Assembly: GCA_028716385.1 (NCBI GenBank)
Contig: JAQUPX010000007.1
Span: 17,017-81,016 of the forward strand
Direction of reading: 5' to 3'
DNA length: 64,000 nucleotides
Source: a bacterium
GTDB taxonomy: Bacteria > Hydrothermota > UBA3073 > JACQXS01 > JAQTXJ01
Made by a program: the position numbers and the translations under genes. Below the pieces are notes generated by a model, which did not search any database, was not told the DNA's origin, and worked only from the letters and a program-made list of their open reading frames with translations. Numbering within the stretch: position 1 is the first letter of the stretch; every line of letters starts with the position of its first letter. Positions 48,899 to 60,729 of this stretch are shown here, in pieces.

Positions 48899-48965
48899 CC
48901 TTACTTGGAGTTTGTTTTGTCAAAAACATTAGTCCAAGTTATCCAGTTCTACTGGGAAAACTCTT
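48899..48965. repeat. dispersed repeat family (CTTACTTGGAGTTTGTT…AACATTAGTCCAAGTTATCCAG…GGAAAA)
   Basis: Shares ~50 bp with 57862-57930 and 57985-58055. Confidence 0.7.
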
Positions 48966-48978
48966 TCCGTTTTTTTAG

Positions 48979-50982
<2,004 letters not shown>

Positions 50983-50988
50983 TTAGGA

Positions 50989-52806
50989 CTATTTCATATT
51001 TTGTTCTAATTTTGACAAGTTTTGTTGAGCTGTTTTATAATTCGGATTTATTTCCAATGCTTTTTTATATTCTTTTATTGCCTCATTAAACATTCCTTTT
51101 ACCCGGTATATTTCTCCAATATTATTGTGCGCATCCACGTAATCGGGTTTCAATGTCAGCGCTATAGTAAGTTCTTTTAGGGCTTCGTCAAGTAATTTTT
51201 CCCTTGCGTAAACAAGAGCAAGATTGTTATGGATTTCGGCACAAGCAGGATTTATTGTCAATGCTTTCCTGTATTCTTTTACGGCTTCACCGGGCAAACC
51301 CTTTTGCACATAAGCATTTCCGAGATTGATACTAGCTCTGGTATAATCGGGATTCAATATCAACACTTTCTTAAATTCTTCTATCGCATTATCGAGTAAT
51401 CCTTTCTCCCCATAAACAATGGCAAGATTACTATGAGCTTCGGCATAATTAGGATTTAATCTCAATGCTTCATTATATTCTTTTATGGCTTCTTCGCCTA
51501 ACCCTTTCGTTTTATAATAAACCCCAAGGTTATTGTGTGCTATAGAATTTCCGGGACTATATTTTAATATATTCGAGTACAAAGTAAAGCCGTTTTTCCA
51601 TATATTATTTTGTTTTATAGTAAGTGCGGAATAAATACAAATAAGTATGGCAAAGCATATCGTTAAAATCTTTTGTAACCACTTTGTTTTAGAGACATTA
51701 GAATGTTCCCATATTTTTGCAGCAAGAACTGCCAGAGCCAGGAAAATTCCTATGGACGGGAAATATACCACATGTTCGCCTGCTTTCAGGAGCACTACAA
51801 AAAAAACAGGAACGATAGACAAGAGAAACCATAATATTCCGAAAAAGATAGTGCGCGAATATTTATAAGATTTAACCGTTATAAATATGATAAGCATCAA
51901 CAGTATAACAGAAATCAAAACGGGCGGATTTAAAATACCTGCCTTGCCGGTTACCGGTGATATAATACGGTCCATATGTAAATTAACAGGGAAAAACAGT
52001 AATGAGGTATAAAGGGCAAGGCTCTTACAGATAGCAAGAAGTTTTAAATAAACACCTGTTTCAAGTCCGTGTACTTTATCAAAACCGACAGCAGAAATTC
52101 TTAACCCCATATAAACTACGACAACCAGGAAAAAGCTCAAATGCCTCATTATCCTGTCTTTCGGCAAAACAGGGGAAGAGTCACGGGCGAAAAGCCAGTC
52201 GTACATTACAATTATAAAAAACATACTTATTGCGGCTTCTTTTGATAACAGAGCCAATGCAAAAGAAATAACAGAACCGACATAATAATATTTCCTTGTG
52301 GATGGCGGAATCCGTGTATATTTTATAAACAAAATTAAACTTAACAATGAAAAGCAGGTGAACATCAAATCGGCTCTGCCTGATACATAACTTACGGCTT
52401 CCGTAAAGATAGGATGGGCTACAAAAAGAAGTCCTGCAATTAATGACGGTTTCCACAAGCGGGTAATTAAATAAATTAAAAAATACACTAATATTGCATT
52501 TACTATATGCCATATTAAATTAGTTAAATGGTACCCGGACGCATTAAATTTCCAGAAAGAATAATCCACCATATTTGACAGGGTTTGCAAGGGCCTGTAA
52601 TACTTGAAATACTTGACATCCGTTTTATTACCAAGGCAAAAAAGGTCTGTATTAAAGATTTTCAAAAAATTATGCCAATCTTTAATGTAAACATTTTCCT
52701 TTATTATACCGATGTCATCGTATACAAACTCATTTCTGAAAGAGTTTGTATATACGATTATGCCAAGAATAATTATCAAAAAAACGGGAATAAAATGTTT
52801 TTTCAT
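50989..52806 (-). CDS. polytopic membrane protein with C-terminal TPR repeats (TMTC/PMT-like putative glycosyltransferase, DUF1736-type)
   Basis: ~11 predicted TM helices followed by at least 6 TPR units (…AHNNLGVYY…AIKEYNEALRLNPNYAEAHSNLA…). Confidence 0.65.
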   Translation of the reverse strand: MKKHFIPVFLIIILGIIVYTNSFRNEFVYDDIGIIKENVYIKDWHNFLKIFNTDLFCLGNKTDVKYFKYYRPLQTLSNMVDYSFWKFNASGYHLTNLIWHIVNAILVYFLIYLITRLWKPSLIAGLLFVAHPIFTEAVSYVSGRADLMFTCFSLLSLILFIKYTRIPPSTRKYYYVGSVISFALALLSKEAAISMFFIIVMYDWLFARDSSPVLPKDRIMRHLSFFLVVVVYMGLRISAVGFDKVHGLETGVYLKLLAICKSLALYTSLLFFPVNLHMDRIISPVTGKAGILNPPVLISVILLMLIIFITVKSYKYSRTIFFGILWFLLSIVPVFFVVLLKAGEHVVYFPSIGIFLALAVLAAKIWEHSNVSKTKWLQKILTICFAILICIYSALTIKQNNIWKNGFTLYSNILKYSPGNSIAHNNLGVYYKTKGLGEEAIKEYNEALRLNPNYAEAHSNLAIVYGEKGLLDNAIEEFKKVLILNPDYTRASINLGNAYVQKGLPGEAVKEYRKALTINPACAEIHNNLALVYAREKLLDEALKELTIALTLKPDYVDAHNNIGEIYRVKGMFNEAIKEYKKALEINPNYKTAQQNLSKLEQNMK

Positions 52807-52871
52807 TTTAACAAACCACTATTGGGAGATTGGGGTTCTACGTTTATATATTCTACTTTTATTCAATATCC

Positions 52872-55829
52872 TTATTTTATAATAATTAATTTGGCAGTCT
52901 TGTTATAGTTTTTAGTAGACAGTTTTACAAAATAGACGCCCGTTTTCAATCCCTTGATTTCTTTTTTATATTGTCCCGGTGCTTGCATTTCCTCTATTAA
53001 CGTTTTTATTTCTCGCCCGGACACATCATAGAGTTTCAATGAAACTTTGCTTTTCGCGGACAACTGATAAGAGACAATCGTTGACTTGATAAATGGGTTT
53101 GGACAGGCGTTTAGATTCAAGAACACAGGTGACACCGAAGAATTTATTTCCGCAACTCCCTCGGTCGAAACGGTTAAAATCACCGGTTCTTTATATATGC
53201 TTTCGTCGGGGTCATTGGATGATATTCGTAAAGTATCTTTGTATACGCCTTCTGCAAGTCCCGTAGGCTGGATGGTTATTGAAACGGAGGCTGATTCTCC
53301 CGGGGCAAGTGTCATAGATGTAGCAGAAAGGCCCATAATCCATGGTGCAGTATAGGTAATAGTTGTTACTGAAAGGTCGTTTGGGGCACCGCCTCTATTG
53401 CATATCCATATAGTTCCATCTTTGCATGGAGTAGTTTTATATCCAAAATGATATAATGACGGGTCGCCATATAAATTAACAGTCAATAAATTAATCCAGA
53501 CATATTTTGATAAACTTGCAAAAGAGACATAATTCGCTTTTGCAAGGTCAAAAGACGGGCCGGTTTTACACTTAGAAACGCTCGTATCCTGGAGCAATTT
53601 CTTGAAGAAATAATACATCATAACTTCGCTTCCGGTCCATGCAGAACGAGTTGCCGCGCACACACTAACGGATCCTTTATCTAATAACCCTGCTGCCATA
53701 TTCCATTCTACCTCAGGATAAGAATTGAGACAGGAATTGAGAAAAGTTACTGCCGGTTTATCGTCATCAAGAGACGTTACATCGGAAACTCTTAACGCTA
53801 TCGGCCATGTTATTTCACCCGCAACATTGCTTTCAGGAACACCATCTCCGTCATCCGTTGACCAGACTTTACGACCAAATTCCTGATAAAGGCCATGACT
53901 AAACTCAGCAAAAATGCCTATACCATTCCAATTGTTTATTATGTTGGTTTGTGTAATTGGGGCATCGCAAGAATAAGTGCTTTGCAACAGGCCTTCTTTT
54001 TCATATAAGGTAGTAGCCATTGAACTATTAATAACGCTATTGGTTAACATATTTTCCATTATTTGAGCGCCATCTATAGTAGTTCTACCCGAATTGTCTT
54101 CATTCGCAAAATACAACATTGCCCCGACAAGAAGTGATTTCTTTTTGTACGAAATAGTAGTGTCTCTTTCAAAATTAACTATCTTTTGAATTATATGTCG
54201 AATTATAGTCGCATCACTCCACGGAATTCTACCCACATATACCTCTGATACGTAATCAATAACGTCATTGCCACCCGGATTCCCGTTTGCCGTCAACATC
54301 TCGCCAAAATACCCGTCTCCATCTTTGTTCCATGAAGTATTGTCCGGATTGCTAAGATCGGAATAATACAAATCTGTCGGTATCGGATGTTGAAGGGAAT
54401 CCATTCCGGCAGGATAAGGATTATTGCTGAAAAGACAAGCTGTCCGCATCGGCATATCCACATTGTTGCCTACTATCAACACATACTTTATTCCCCATTG
54501 GCTTGTAGGATACTTATCTCTTAAAAAGTTTCTTATTTTTTGCTGGACATCTACTCCGGTATAATTAGCCGCTATCCATTCTTTAGTTACTATGTTAGTT
54601 TTAAAACCTAATCCGGATTTCCATCCTGCAAGAGTTGAACACGCCTGCTGTAATGCATTTGTAGTTATAATCACATAATCATAAGTCGGGGCTTTTGTTC
54701 CTCCCTTGTCCGCCTGAGACGGATACCATTCCTTTACCTGGTCCCGGTTGTAAATAAGCTCATTCGCTTCTTCTTCTGCCAGATTATCCGATGCCAATCT
54801 CTTGTATTCTGCTTCTTTGTCCGCATCTGCCCTGTATTTCACTTTAACTTGTAAATGAGACGCGTAGCTTAATTGTCCGGTTACTGCATTGTATTGTACG
54901 GGATAAATTGCTACCGTCGCCAGATTATATTTCCTTAAACCTCCGGTTGATAACAGCTCCCCTTTTACTGCAGGGTATTGAGTATTTGATGAATAAACTA
55001 TCTTTTTATTATTATTATATTCTTCATAGCAAACATTAATCAGTTTTTTATTATCTACCAGGGGGAAAACGGCAGACGCAGGGGCTATGTTATACTTGCC
55101 CGAAAGAGTTACGCTATTTCCTACTACCTCAATCCCCTCAACTATCCCATTCGGTGGAACTGCAAGGGTGACAGTTTTAAATGGTAATGCCGGTTTTCCG
55201 GGTTCGCGCATCTGCTCAAAACCATTTATATCTACTTCCTGGGCGCCTGTACTTATCTCCTTTATATCAAAAGCAGGAACATCTATATCCACGATTACTT
55301 CATTTGATGTCCACGAACAGTTTACGTATTTATAATCGGGAATATGATAATAATAAGATAACGCATCCGGAGTTACCGCTATGTCAGGGACTTGTCCTGC
55401 AATAAAACAATAATCATGTGAATATTCATTATCCGTTTCTGAAGACTCTGTGATTTCACCATCCGCATCAACCACAAGTTTCATATTATATATACCGGGG
55501 ATAGAAACCGTACTCTGCAGGCATTTAACATTTATAGAGTCGCCTGCTGCAAGGGAGTTCAGACGATAAGATTTAATAATAGAATCGTTTCTCATTATTC
55601 TGACATAGAAGCCCGAAGTAACATTCTGGTCTCCGTTATTAGTAATAGCCCAACTATAATAATATGGGGTGCCGGTATATAATGTATCTTCGGAAATTAC
55701 ATCCTGGTCAATGGAACAAACCAACGGAGCACTCCAACCGGCAAGAGCCTTAGGAATAAGGTTTGGCAAAGCAAAAACCTGCGTTGAAAATAAAATTATA
55801 CCACATATCAGAAATTTCAATTTTTTCAT
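52872..55829 (-). CDS. secreted C25 (gingipain-like) cysteine peptidase homologue with CARDB-like domain and T9SS C-terminal sorting domain
   Basis: Signal MKKLKFLICGIILFSTQVFA; C25-like segments (YVLIVGNNVDMP, VYVGRIPW, putative catalytic His in FAEFSHGLYQ and Cys in FLNSCLNSYPE); C-terminal KVSLKLYDVSGREIKTLIEE…GVYFVKLSTKNYNKTAKLIIIK. Confidence 0.65.
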   Translation of the reverse strand: MKKLKFLICGIILFSTQVFALPNLIPKALAGWSAPLVCSIDQDVISEDTLYTGTPYYYSWAITNNGDQNVTSGFYVRIMRNDSIIKSYRLNSLAAGDSINVKCLQSTVSIPGIYNMKLVVDADGEITESSETDNEYSHDYCFIAGQVPDIAVTPDALSYYYHIPDYKYVNCSWTSNEVIVDIDVPAFDIKEISTGAQEVDINGFEQMREPGKPALPFKTVTLAVPPNGIVEGIEVVGNSVTLSGKYNIAPASAVFPLVDNKKLINVCYEEYNNNKKIVYSSNTQYPAVKGELLSTGGLRKYNLATVAIYPVQYNAVTGQLSYASHLQVKVKYRADADKEAEYKRLASDNLAEEEANELIYNRDQVKEWYPSQADKGGTKAPTYDYVIITTNALQQACSTLAGWKSGLGFKTNIVTKEWIAANYTGVDVQQKIRNFLRDKYPTSQWGIKYVLIVGNNVDMPMRTACLFSNNPYPAGMDSLQHPIPTDLYYSDLSNPDNTSWNKDGDGYFGEMLTANGNPGGNDVIDYVSEVYVGRIPWSDATIIRHIIQKIVNFERDTTISYKKKSLLVGAMLYFANEDNSGRTTIDGAQIMENMLTNSVINSSMATTLYEKEGLLQSTYSCDAPITQTNIINNWNGIGIFAEFSHGLYQEFGRKVWSTDDGDGVPESNVAGEITWPIALRVSDVTSLDDDKPAVTFLNSCLNSYPEVEWNMAAGLLDKGSVSVCAATRSAWTGSEVMMYYFFKKLLQDTSVSKCKTGPSFDLAKANYVSFASLSKYVWINLLTVNLYGDPSLYHFGYKTTPCKDGTIWICNRGGAPNDLSVTTITYTAPWIMGLSATSMTLAPGESASVSITIQPTGLAEGVYKDTLRISSNDPDESIYKEPVILTVSTEGVAEINSSVSPVFLNLNACPNPFIKSTIVSYQLSAKSKVSLKLYDVSGREIKTLIEEMQAPGQYKKEIKGLKTGVYFVKLSTKNYNKTAKLIIIK

Positions 55830-56027
55830 AAATCCTCCCAAAATTATAGAATACAGTAAACCCTAATTTTATTTATATAATCATATATGATACTTTTACA
55901 CTATATTGTCAACGAACTTTTGTATTAATTTTGTATTAATGGCCCTTTTTGAAAAAAATTACAAATAATAAAAATTGTAGGTTGACAATTTCATTCTCTC
56001 AACATATCTTAAACATTAATTTCAAAA

Positions 56028-57737
56028 ATGGCAAAATATATAATTGTAAGCGGAGGAGTTTTATCTGGCGTCGGAAAAGGCATAGCAACGGCAAGTATAG
56101 GAAAGATTCTTTCCGAATACGGATATAAAGTTACCGCGATAAAAATAGACCCTTACATAAACTTCGATGCGGGAACACTCAGGCCCACGGAACACGGGGA
56201 AGTCTGGGTTACGAACGATGGCGGAGAAATAGATCAGGACCTCGGAAGTTATGAAAGATTTCTCGGTATCGATATCCCGAAATCCAACAACATCACAACG
56301 GGACAGGTGTATAAAGCGATAATCGACCGTGAACGAAACGGTGAATATCTCGGCGAAACCGTCCAGTTCATACCTCACGTTCCCGAAGAAATAAAAAACA
56401 GAATAAAAAAAGCATCCAAAGATTATGACATTACGCTCATAGAAATCGGCGGTACCATCGGCGACTACGAAAACGTGCCATTCCTTTTTACGGCTAAAAG
56501 TATGGAAAGGGAATTAGGCAAAGAAAACGTCGTTTACGTTCTTATTACTTATTTACCCATTCCCACACACATCGGAGAAATGAAAACAAAGCCGACTCAA
56601 CAGGCGATTAAATTACTGCAAGAACAGGGAATAATGCCGGATATAATTTTATGCCGCGGTAAGGAACCACTTGATGACGTGAGGAAGAAAAAGATAGAAA
56701 CTTATGCTAATATACAACGGGAATTAGTTATTTCCGCTCCTGACATAAAAGTCCTTTACGAAGTGCCTATAAATTTTGAACGCGAACAACTTGGCTTAAA
56801 AATACTTTCAAAACTTAATTTGCAACCTAAGAAAAAACCCGATTGGAAAGAATGGGAAATCGCCCTTAATAGGCTAAAAGCTTCCGAGATTGTAAGAATT
56901 GCAATGGTCGGGAAATATGTGGACATCGGAGCTTTCACTTTTAAGGATGCATACGTATCAATAAACGAAGCGCTTGAACACAGCGGCGCGCGGGTCGGGC
57001 TTAAAGCAAAAATAGACTGGGTTGATTCCAAAACTCTTGAAGATAAAGACCCTGCAGAAACACTTAAAAATTACGATGGTTTAATAATCCCGGGCGGGTT
57101 CGGGGCAACGGGGATTGAAGGCAAAATTTCTGCCATAAAATATGCAAGGGAAACGGGGACACCGTTCCTTGGATTATGTCTCGGTGCGCAGCTTGCCGTC
57201 GTAGAATACGCAAGAAACGTTGCCGGGCTGAAAGATGCGCACAGTATTGAAATAAATCCGAAAACTCCTTATCCCGTAGTAGATTTATTACCTACACAAA
57301 AAGAATTACTCGCTAAATCTTCTTACGGCGGGACAATGAGACTCGGCGCTTATGCTGCAGTTATCAAGGCAGATACCGTTGTTTATAAACTTTATCAGAA
57401 AGAAAATCGTATCGTTGAAGATATGCAACAAAAACTCTCTCCTGAATCACTCGGGGAAGTTCAAAACTTTGAATACGTAATAGAAAGACACCGTCATAGG
57501 TATGAGATATCTCCTAAATTCCACGAAGCACTTGAAAAAGCAGGTCTCGTTTTCTCGGGATATCATCAAAGACAGGACGGAACAAAACTCGTAGAGTTTA
57601 TCGAATTACCAAAACATCCGTTCTTCGTAGGAACTCAGGCACACCCGGAGTTCCGTTCAAGATTCCTCAACCCGGCTCCTTTGTTCATCGGCTTCATGGA
57701 AGCTGTAAAAAAACACATCGAGAAAAGAGTAGACTAA
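56028..57737 (+). CDS. pyrG: CTP synthase PyrG
   Basis: N-terminal MAKYIIVSGGVLSGVGKGIATASIG; glutamine amidotransferase domain with GLCLGAQ and HPEF motifs. Confidence 0.95.
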   Translation: MAKYIIVSGGVLSGVGKGIATASIGKILSEYGYKVTAIKIDPYINFDAGTLRPTEHGEVWVTNDGGEIDQDLGSYERFLGIDIPKSNNITTGQVYKAIIDRERNGEYLGETVQFIPHVPEEIKNRIKKASKDYDITLIEIGGTIGDYENVPFLFTAKSMERELGKENVVYVLITYLPIPTHIGEMKTKPTQQAIKLLQEQGIMPDIILCRGKEPLDDVRKKKIETYANIQRELVISAPDIKVLYEVPINFEREQLGLKILSKLNLQPKKKPDWKEWEIALNRLKASEIVRIAMVGKYVDIGAFTFKDAYVSINEALEHSGARVGLKAKIDWVDSKTLEDKDPAETLKNYDGLIIPGGFGATGIEGKISAIKYARETGTPFLGLCLGAQLAVVEYARNVAGLKDAHSIEINPKTPYPVVDLLPTQKELLAKSSYGGTMRLGAYAAVIKADTVVYKLYQKENRIVEDMQQKLSPESLGEVQNFEYVIERHRHRYEISPKFHEALEKAGLVFSGYHQRQDGTKLVEFIELPKHPFFVGTQAHPEFRSRFLNPAPLFIGFMEAVKKHIEKRVD

Positions 57738-57779
57738 TAATTAGGTTGAAGCACTGAAGGATGAACCGCAAAAAGACAA

Positions 57780-57808
57780 CCGAATTTTTCACCGCAGAGT
57801 CGCAGAGT
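57780..57808 (+). repeat. triple-CGCAGAG element copy just after pyrG
   Basis: ATTTTTCACCGCAGAGTCGCAGAGTCCGC. Confidence 0.75.
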
Positions 57809-57861
57809 CCGCTAAGAAAAAATCGTAGATATAAGTAGCATCTTGTGTTAATCATGTCATT

Positions 57862-58055
57862 AGTTGGACTTTTTGACGTAAGGAACATTAGTCCAACTTA
57901 TCCAGCTGTGCCGGAAAATCTCGTAGTTACTGCTTTTATTCTGTTATCTTTTTGGTTATTTTTTAATCTCGTGCTAATCTGTGATTACTTGGAGTTTGTT
58001 CTGCATGAACATTACTCCAAGTTATCCTGCTCAGCTGGAAATCTTGTGGTTTTCT
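57862..58055. repeat. two adjacent copies of the AACATTAGTCCAA(C/G)TTATCC repeat family in the pyrG-rplO intergenic region
   Basis: Copy 1 57862-57930, copy 2 57985-58055; both end in GGAAA(A)TCT(C/T)GT(A/G)GTT, a motif also found at 4233, 11932 and 20711. Confidence 0.7.
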
Positions 58056-58125
58056 ATTTCGTTTTCTGTTTTCGTGTTTTTGTGGCGAATATTGTATTTT
58101 GAAGTTTACTTCGGCACAACCAAAA

Positions 58126-58872
58126 TTACTTATCTGAGGATTTTGCTTTTTTACCGGCTGCGGGTTTTTCTTTCTTTTCTTTGGAAGCAGGTTTCTCTTT
58201 TACCGGTTCTTTCTTGCTTACCTTTTCCGTTTTCTCTATCTTTTCTTTTACGACTTCTTTTACCGGTTTTGCTTCGACGGGACGTTCCGCTTTTTCTTTT
58301 ACTTCAGGTTTTTTATCTGCCGGAGCTTCTTGTTTCTTTTCCTTAACGACTTCAGGTTTCTTTTCTGCCGGTTTTTCTTTTACTACCTTAACGGGTATTT
58401 CTTTTTTAGGTTTCTCTTTTTTGGGTTCAGGTATTCCATCGATATATTCAATCTTTCCCTGTAACGCTTCTATCTTTGATTTCGCAGATGCACTAAACCT
58501 ATGCGCATGAACGGTTAACGTTTTCGTAAGAGCGCCTTCACCAAGAATCTTAATTGGCAATCTGCTTTTAAGGATACCTTCTTTTTTCAATAATTCCGGA
58601 GTGATTACCGTATTAGCTGCAAATTTTTCCAATAAACCAATATTCACAACTTCATAATTAGTTCCCCATCTGTTGAAAAAACCTCTTTTTGGGGTTCTTC
58701 TTATTAATGTAGTCTGTCCGCCTTCAAATCCCGGTCTTACTCCACTACCGGAACGAGAACTCTGACCTTTAGTTCCACGGCAAGCTGTTTTACCGTGCCC
58801 GGATGCCAAACCTCTGCCGACACGCTTGCTCTTTTTTACAAGAGGAACCAAGTTACTTAGAATATCTTTCAT
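58126..58872 (-). CDS. rplO: 50S ribosomal protein L15 with a ~100-aa Lys/Pro/Glu-rich C-terminal extension
   Basis: N-terminal L15 core (KRVGRGLASGHGKTACRGTKGQSSRSGSGVRPGFEGGQTTL…); the tail is made of KPEVKEK-type repeats; the gene is not flanked by rpmD/secY. Confidence 0.8.
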   Translation of the reverse strand: MKDILSNLVPLVKKSKRVGRGLASGHGKTACRGTKGQSSRSGSGVRPGFEGGQTTLIRRTPKRGFFNRWGTNYEVVNIGLLEKFAANTVITPELLKKEGILKSRLPIKILGEGALTKTLTVHAHRFSASAKSKIEALQGKIEYIDGIPEPKKEKPKKEIPVKVVKEKPAEKKPEVVKEKKQEAPADKKPEVKEKAERPVEAKPVKEVVKEKIEKTEKVSKKEPVKEKPASKEKKEKPAAGKKAKSSDK

Positions 58873-59090
58873 TTTGATTTATATAGTTTGTAGGTTTACA
58901 CGAAATTAATGATATTGTCAAGAATAAAAAGCATAATATTAAAAAATAAGTTGCAAAAACGTTATTTAATAAGTATTTAAATAAAAGATGAATTTAATCC
59001 ATATGATAACAATCTCTAAAAAAGAAACAAAGAGTTTGTAAATCAATGGATAACAATCTCTAAAAAAAGATGAAGAGCTTGTAATAAAAG

Positions 59091-60074
59091 ATGAATTTCA
59101 CTAAAAATGGATTAATGATAATTCCCGCGATAATTACAATAATTATATTCACGGGTTGGGTTAATATGTTTACCGGCGGAAGCATGCAACCTATAACTTC
59201 CATAATAGTCTTTGGTTTGGGCATATGGCTTTTTTGCTATGGATTTGCTTTACTAAACCGTAAAAGACTTATCCAGAACATTCCGACTTCTAAAATCAAT
59301 TCCCTTGCTATGGGATTGGTAGAAATCCAGGGAAGATGTTTCCCTGTAACCGACAAACCTTTAATCGCCCCTTACTCTCAAAAGGAATGTGTTTTTTACT
59401 ATTTTAAAGTTCAAGAATACACACGGGGTTCCAACAACCACAGCAGCTGGCAAACCATAAGCGAAGGTTCTTCGGGAATGCCTTTTTATGTTGATGACGA
59501 CAGCGGAAGAGTCCTGATTGACCCTACAAAAGCAGAAATCAAATTAGAACCAAGATATATTTCTTCCACACCGGACGGGAAACAAAACATTCCTCTCCCT
59601 TTAAGTTCCGGGGCAATGAAATATATAGAATCTTTTATTGTCCCGGGAGAATCCGCTTTTGTTTTAGGAACGGCAAAAGAAATAAAAGATTGCTCCGGGG
59701 ATTATACAAAAAAAGTAGCCCAACAAGTCACCGACTGGTATTATAACCCGGAAAAACAAAAAGAATTTGACATTAACCGGGATGGCGATATTGATAAACA
59801 GGAATATATCCTGATGAAAGAAAAAGCCGAAAAATCAGTCATTCAAAAAGAACTCAAAGACATTCCCATTAAAAACGACCTGGTAGGGATATCAGATATA
59901 ATTATTACAAAAGGAGAAACAGAAAAAACTTTTATTCTTTCCAATGAAAGCGAAAAAACTATCGTCTCAAAAATAGGAATAAAAACAACTTTATATATCT
60001 GGAGCGGGATAATTATAACTTTAATAACATTAATTAATATCTGTTCATTCCTGCTTAAAACAGGAAAAAAATAA
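59091..60074 (+). CDS. GIDE-domain membrane protein with an EF-hand-like loop
   Basis: Two N-terminal TM helices, GIDE-like segment (GLVEIQGRCFPVTDKPLIAPYSQKECVFYYFKV…FYVDDDSGRVLIDP), canonical EF-hand loop DINRDGDIDKQE, C-terminal TM; adjacent to lemA. Confidence 0.5.
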   Translation: MNFTKNGLMIIPAIITIIIFTGWVNMFTGGSMQPITSIIVFGLGIWLFCYGFALLNRKRLIQNIPTSKINSLAMGLVEIQGRCFPVTDKPLIAPYSQKECVFYYFKVQEYTRGSNNHSSWQTISEGSSGMPFYVDDDSGRVLIDPTKAEIKLEPRYISSTPDGKQNIPLPLSSGAMKYIESFIVPGESAFVLGTAKEIKDCSGDYTKKVAQQVTDWYYNPEKQKEFDINRDGDIDKQEYILMKEKAEKSVIQKELKDIPIKNDLVGISDIIITKGETEKTFILSNESEKTIVSKIGIKTTLYIWSGIIITLITLINICSFLLKTGKK

Positions 60075-60087
60075 CTAGGAGGGGAAA

Positions 60088-60660
60088 ATGTGTAGTTCTG
60101 TCATTTGGGGGTTTGTTATACTTTTTCTGGTTTTGGTAGTAGCAATTTATTTTGCCGTTATATACAACGGTCTTGTTGCGATGAAAAATAACGTTAAAAA
60201 AAGCTGGAGCAATATAGACGTTCTACTGAAACAACGACACGATGAAATTCCAAAACTAGTAAGCGTTTGTGAAGGATATATGAAATACGAAAAAGAAACA
60301 TTAGCGAAAATTACTTCTCTCCGCACTTCTTTTTTAGAAGCAAAAACCGTCGGGGAAAAATCCAACATCGAAGGAGAACTTTCGGCCGCGCTGAAAACCA
60401 TATTCGCAGTTGCCGAAAATTATCCCGACCTTAAAGCGGATAAGACTTTTGGTGAATTGCGCGAAAGAATAAGCTTCCTGGAAAACCAGATTGCCGATAG
60501 AAGGGAATTCTATAACGAAAACGTAAACCTTTATAATATACGAATTAACCAAATCCCGGATATGCTTATTGCAAAATTCTGCAACTTTAACCAAGAAGAA
60601 TTATTCAAAGTCTCGGAAGAAGATAAAAAAGACGTCACGATTAAATTCTCTGCTTCCTAA
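60088..60660 (+). CDS. lemA: LemA family protein
   Basis: N-terminal TM then LemA signature YNGLVAMKNNVKKSWSNIDVLLKQRHDEIPKLV; RBS GGAGGGG. Confidence 0.85.
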   Translation: MCSSVIWGFVILFLVLVVAIYFAVIYNGLVAMKNNVKKSWSNIDVLLKQRHDEIPKLVSVCEGYMKYEKETLAKITSLRTSFLEAKTVGEKSNIEGELSAALKTIFAVAENYPDLKADKTFGELRERISFLENQIADRREFYNENVNLYNIRINQIPDMLIAKFCNFNQEELFKVSEEDKKDVTIKFSAS

Positions 60661-60690
60661 TTAATAGCAAAACAACACTTGTTTTTTGTA

Positions 60691-60719
60691 TTGACATAGA
60701 TATATTAGTAAATTAAAAT
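60691..60719 (+). promoter_or_regulatory. putative sigma70 promoter (TTGACA, 17 bp, TAAAAT) for larB-larC
   Basis: TTGACA at 60691-60696, 17-bp spacer, TAAAAT at 60714-60719; preceded by a weak hairpin and T-run that could terminate lemA. Confidence 0.5.
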
Positions 60720-60729
60720 CTTTTGATTA

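Noticed and set aside
58181-58510. 109-aa plus-strand ORF rich in Ser/Phe/Thr
   Set aside because: It is the antisense reading of the Lys/Pro/Glu repeat tail of rplO, so a repeat-shadow ORF.
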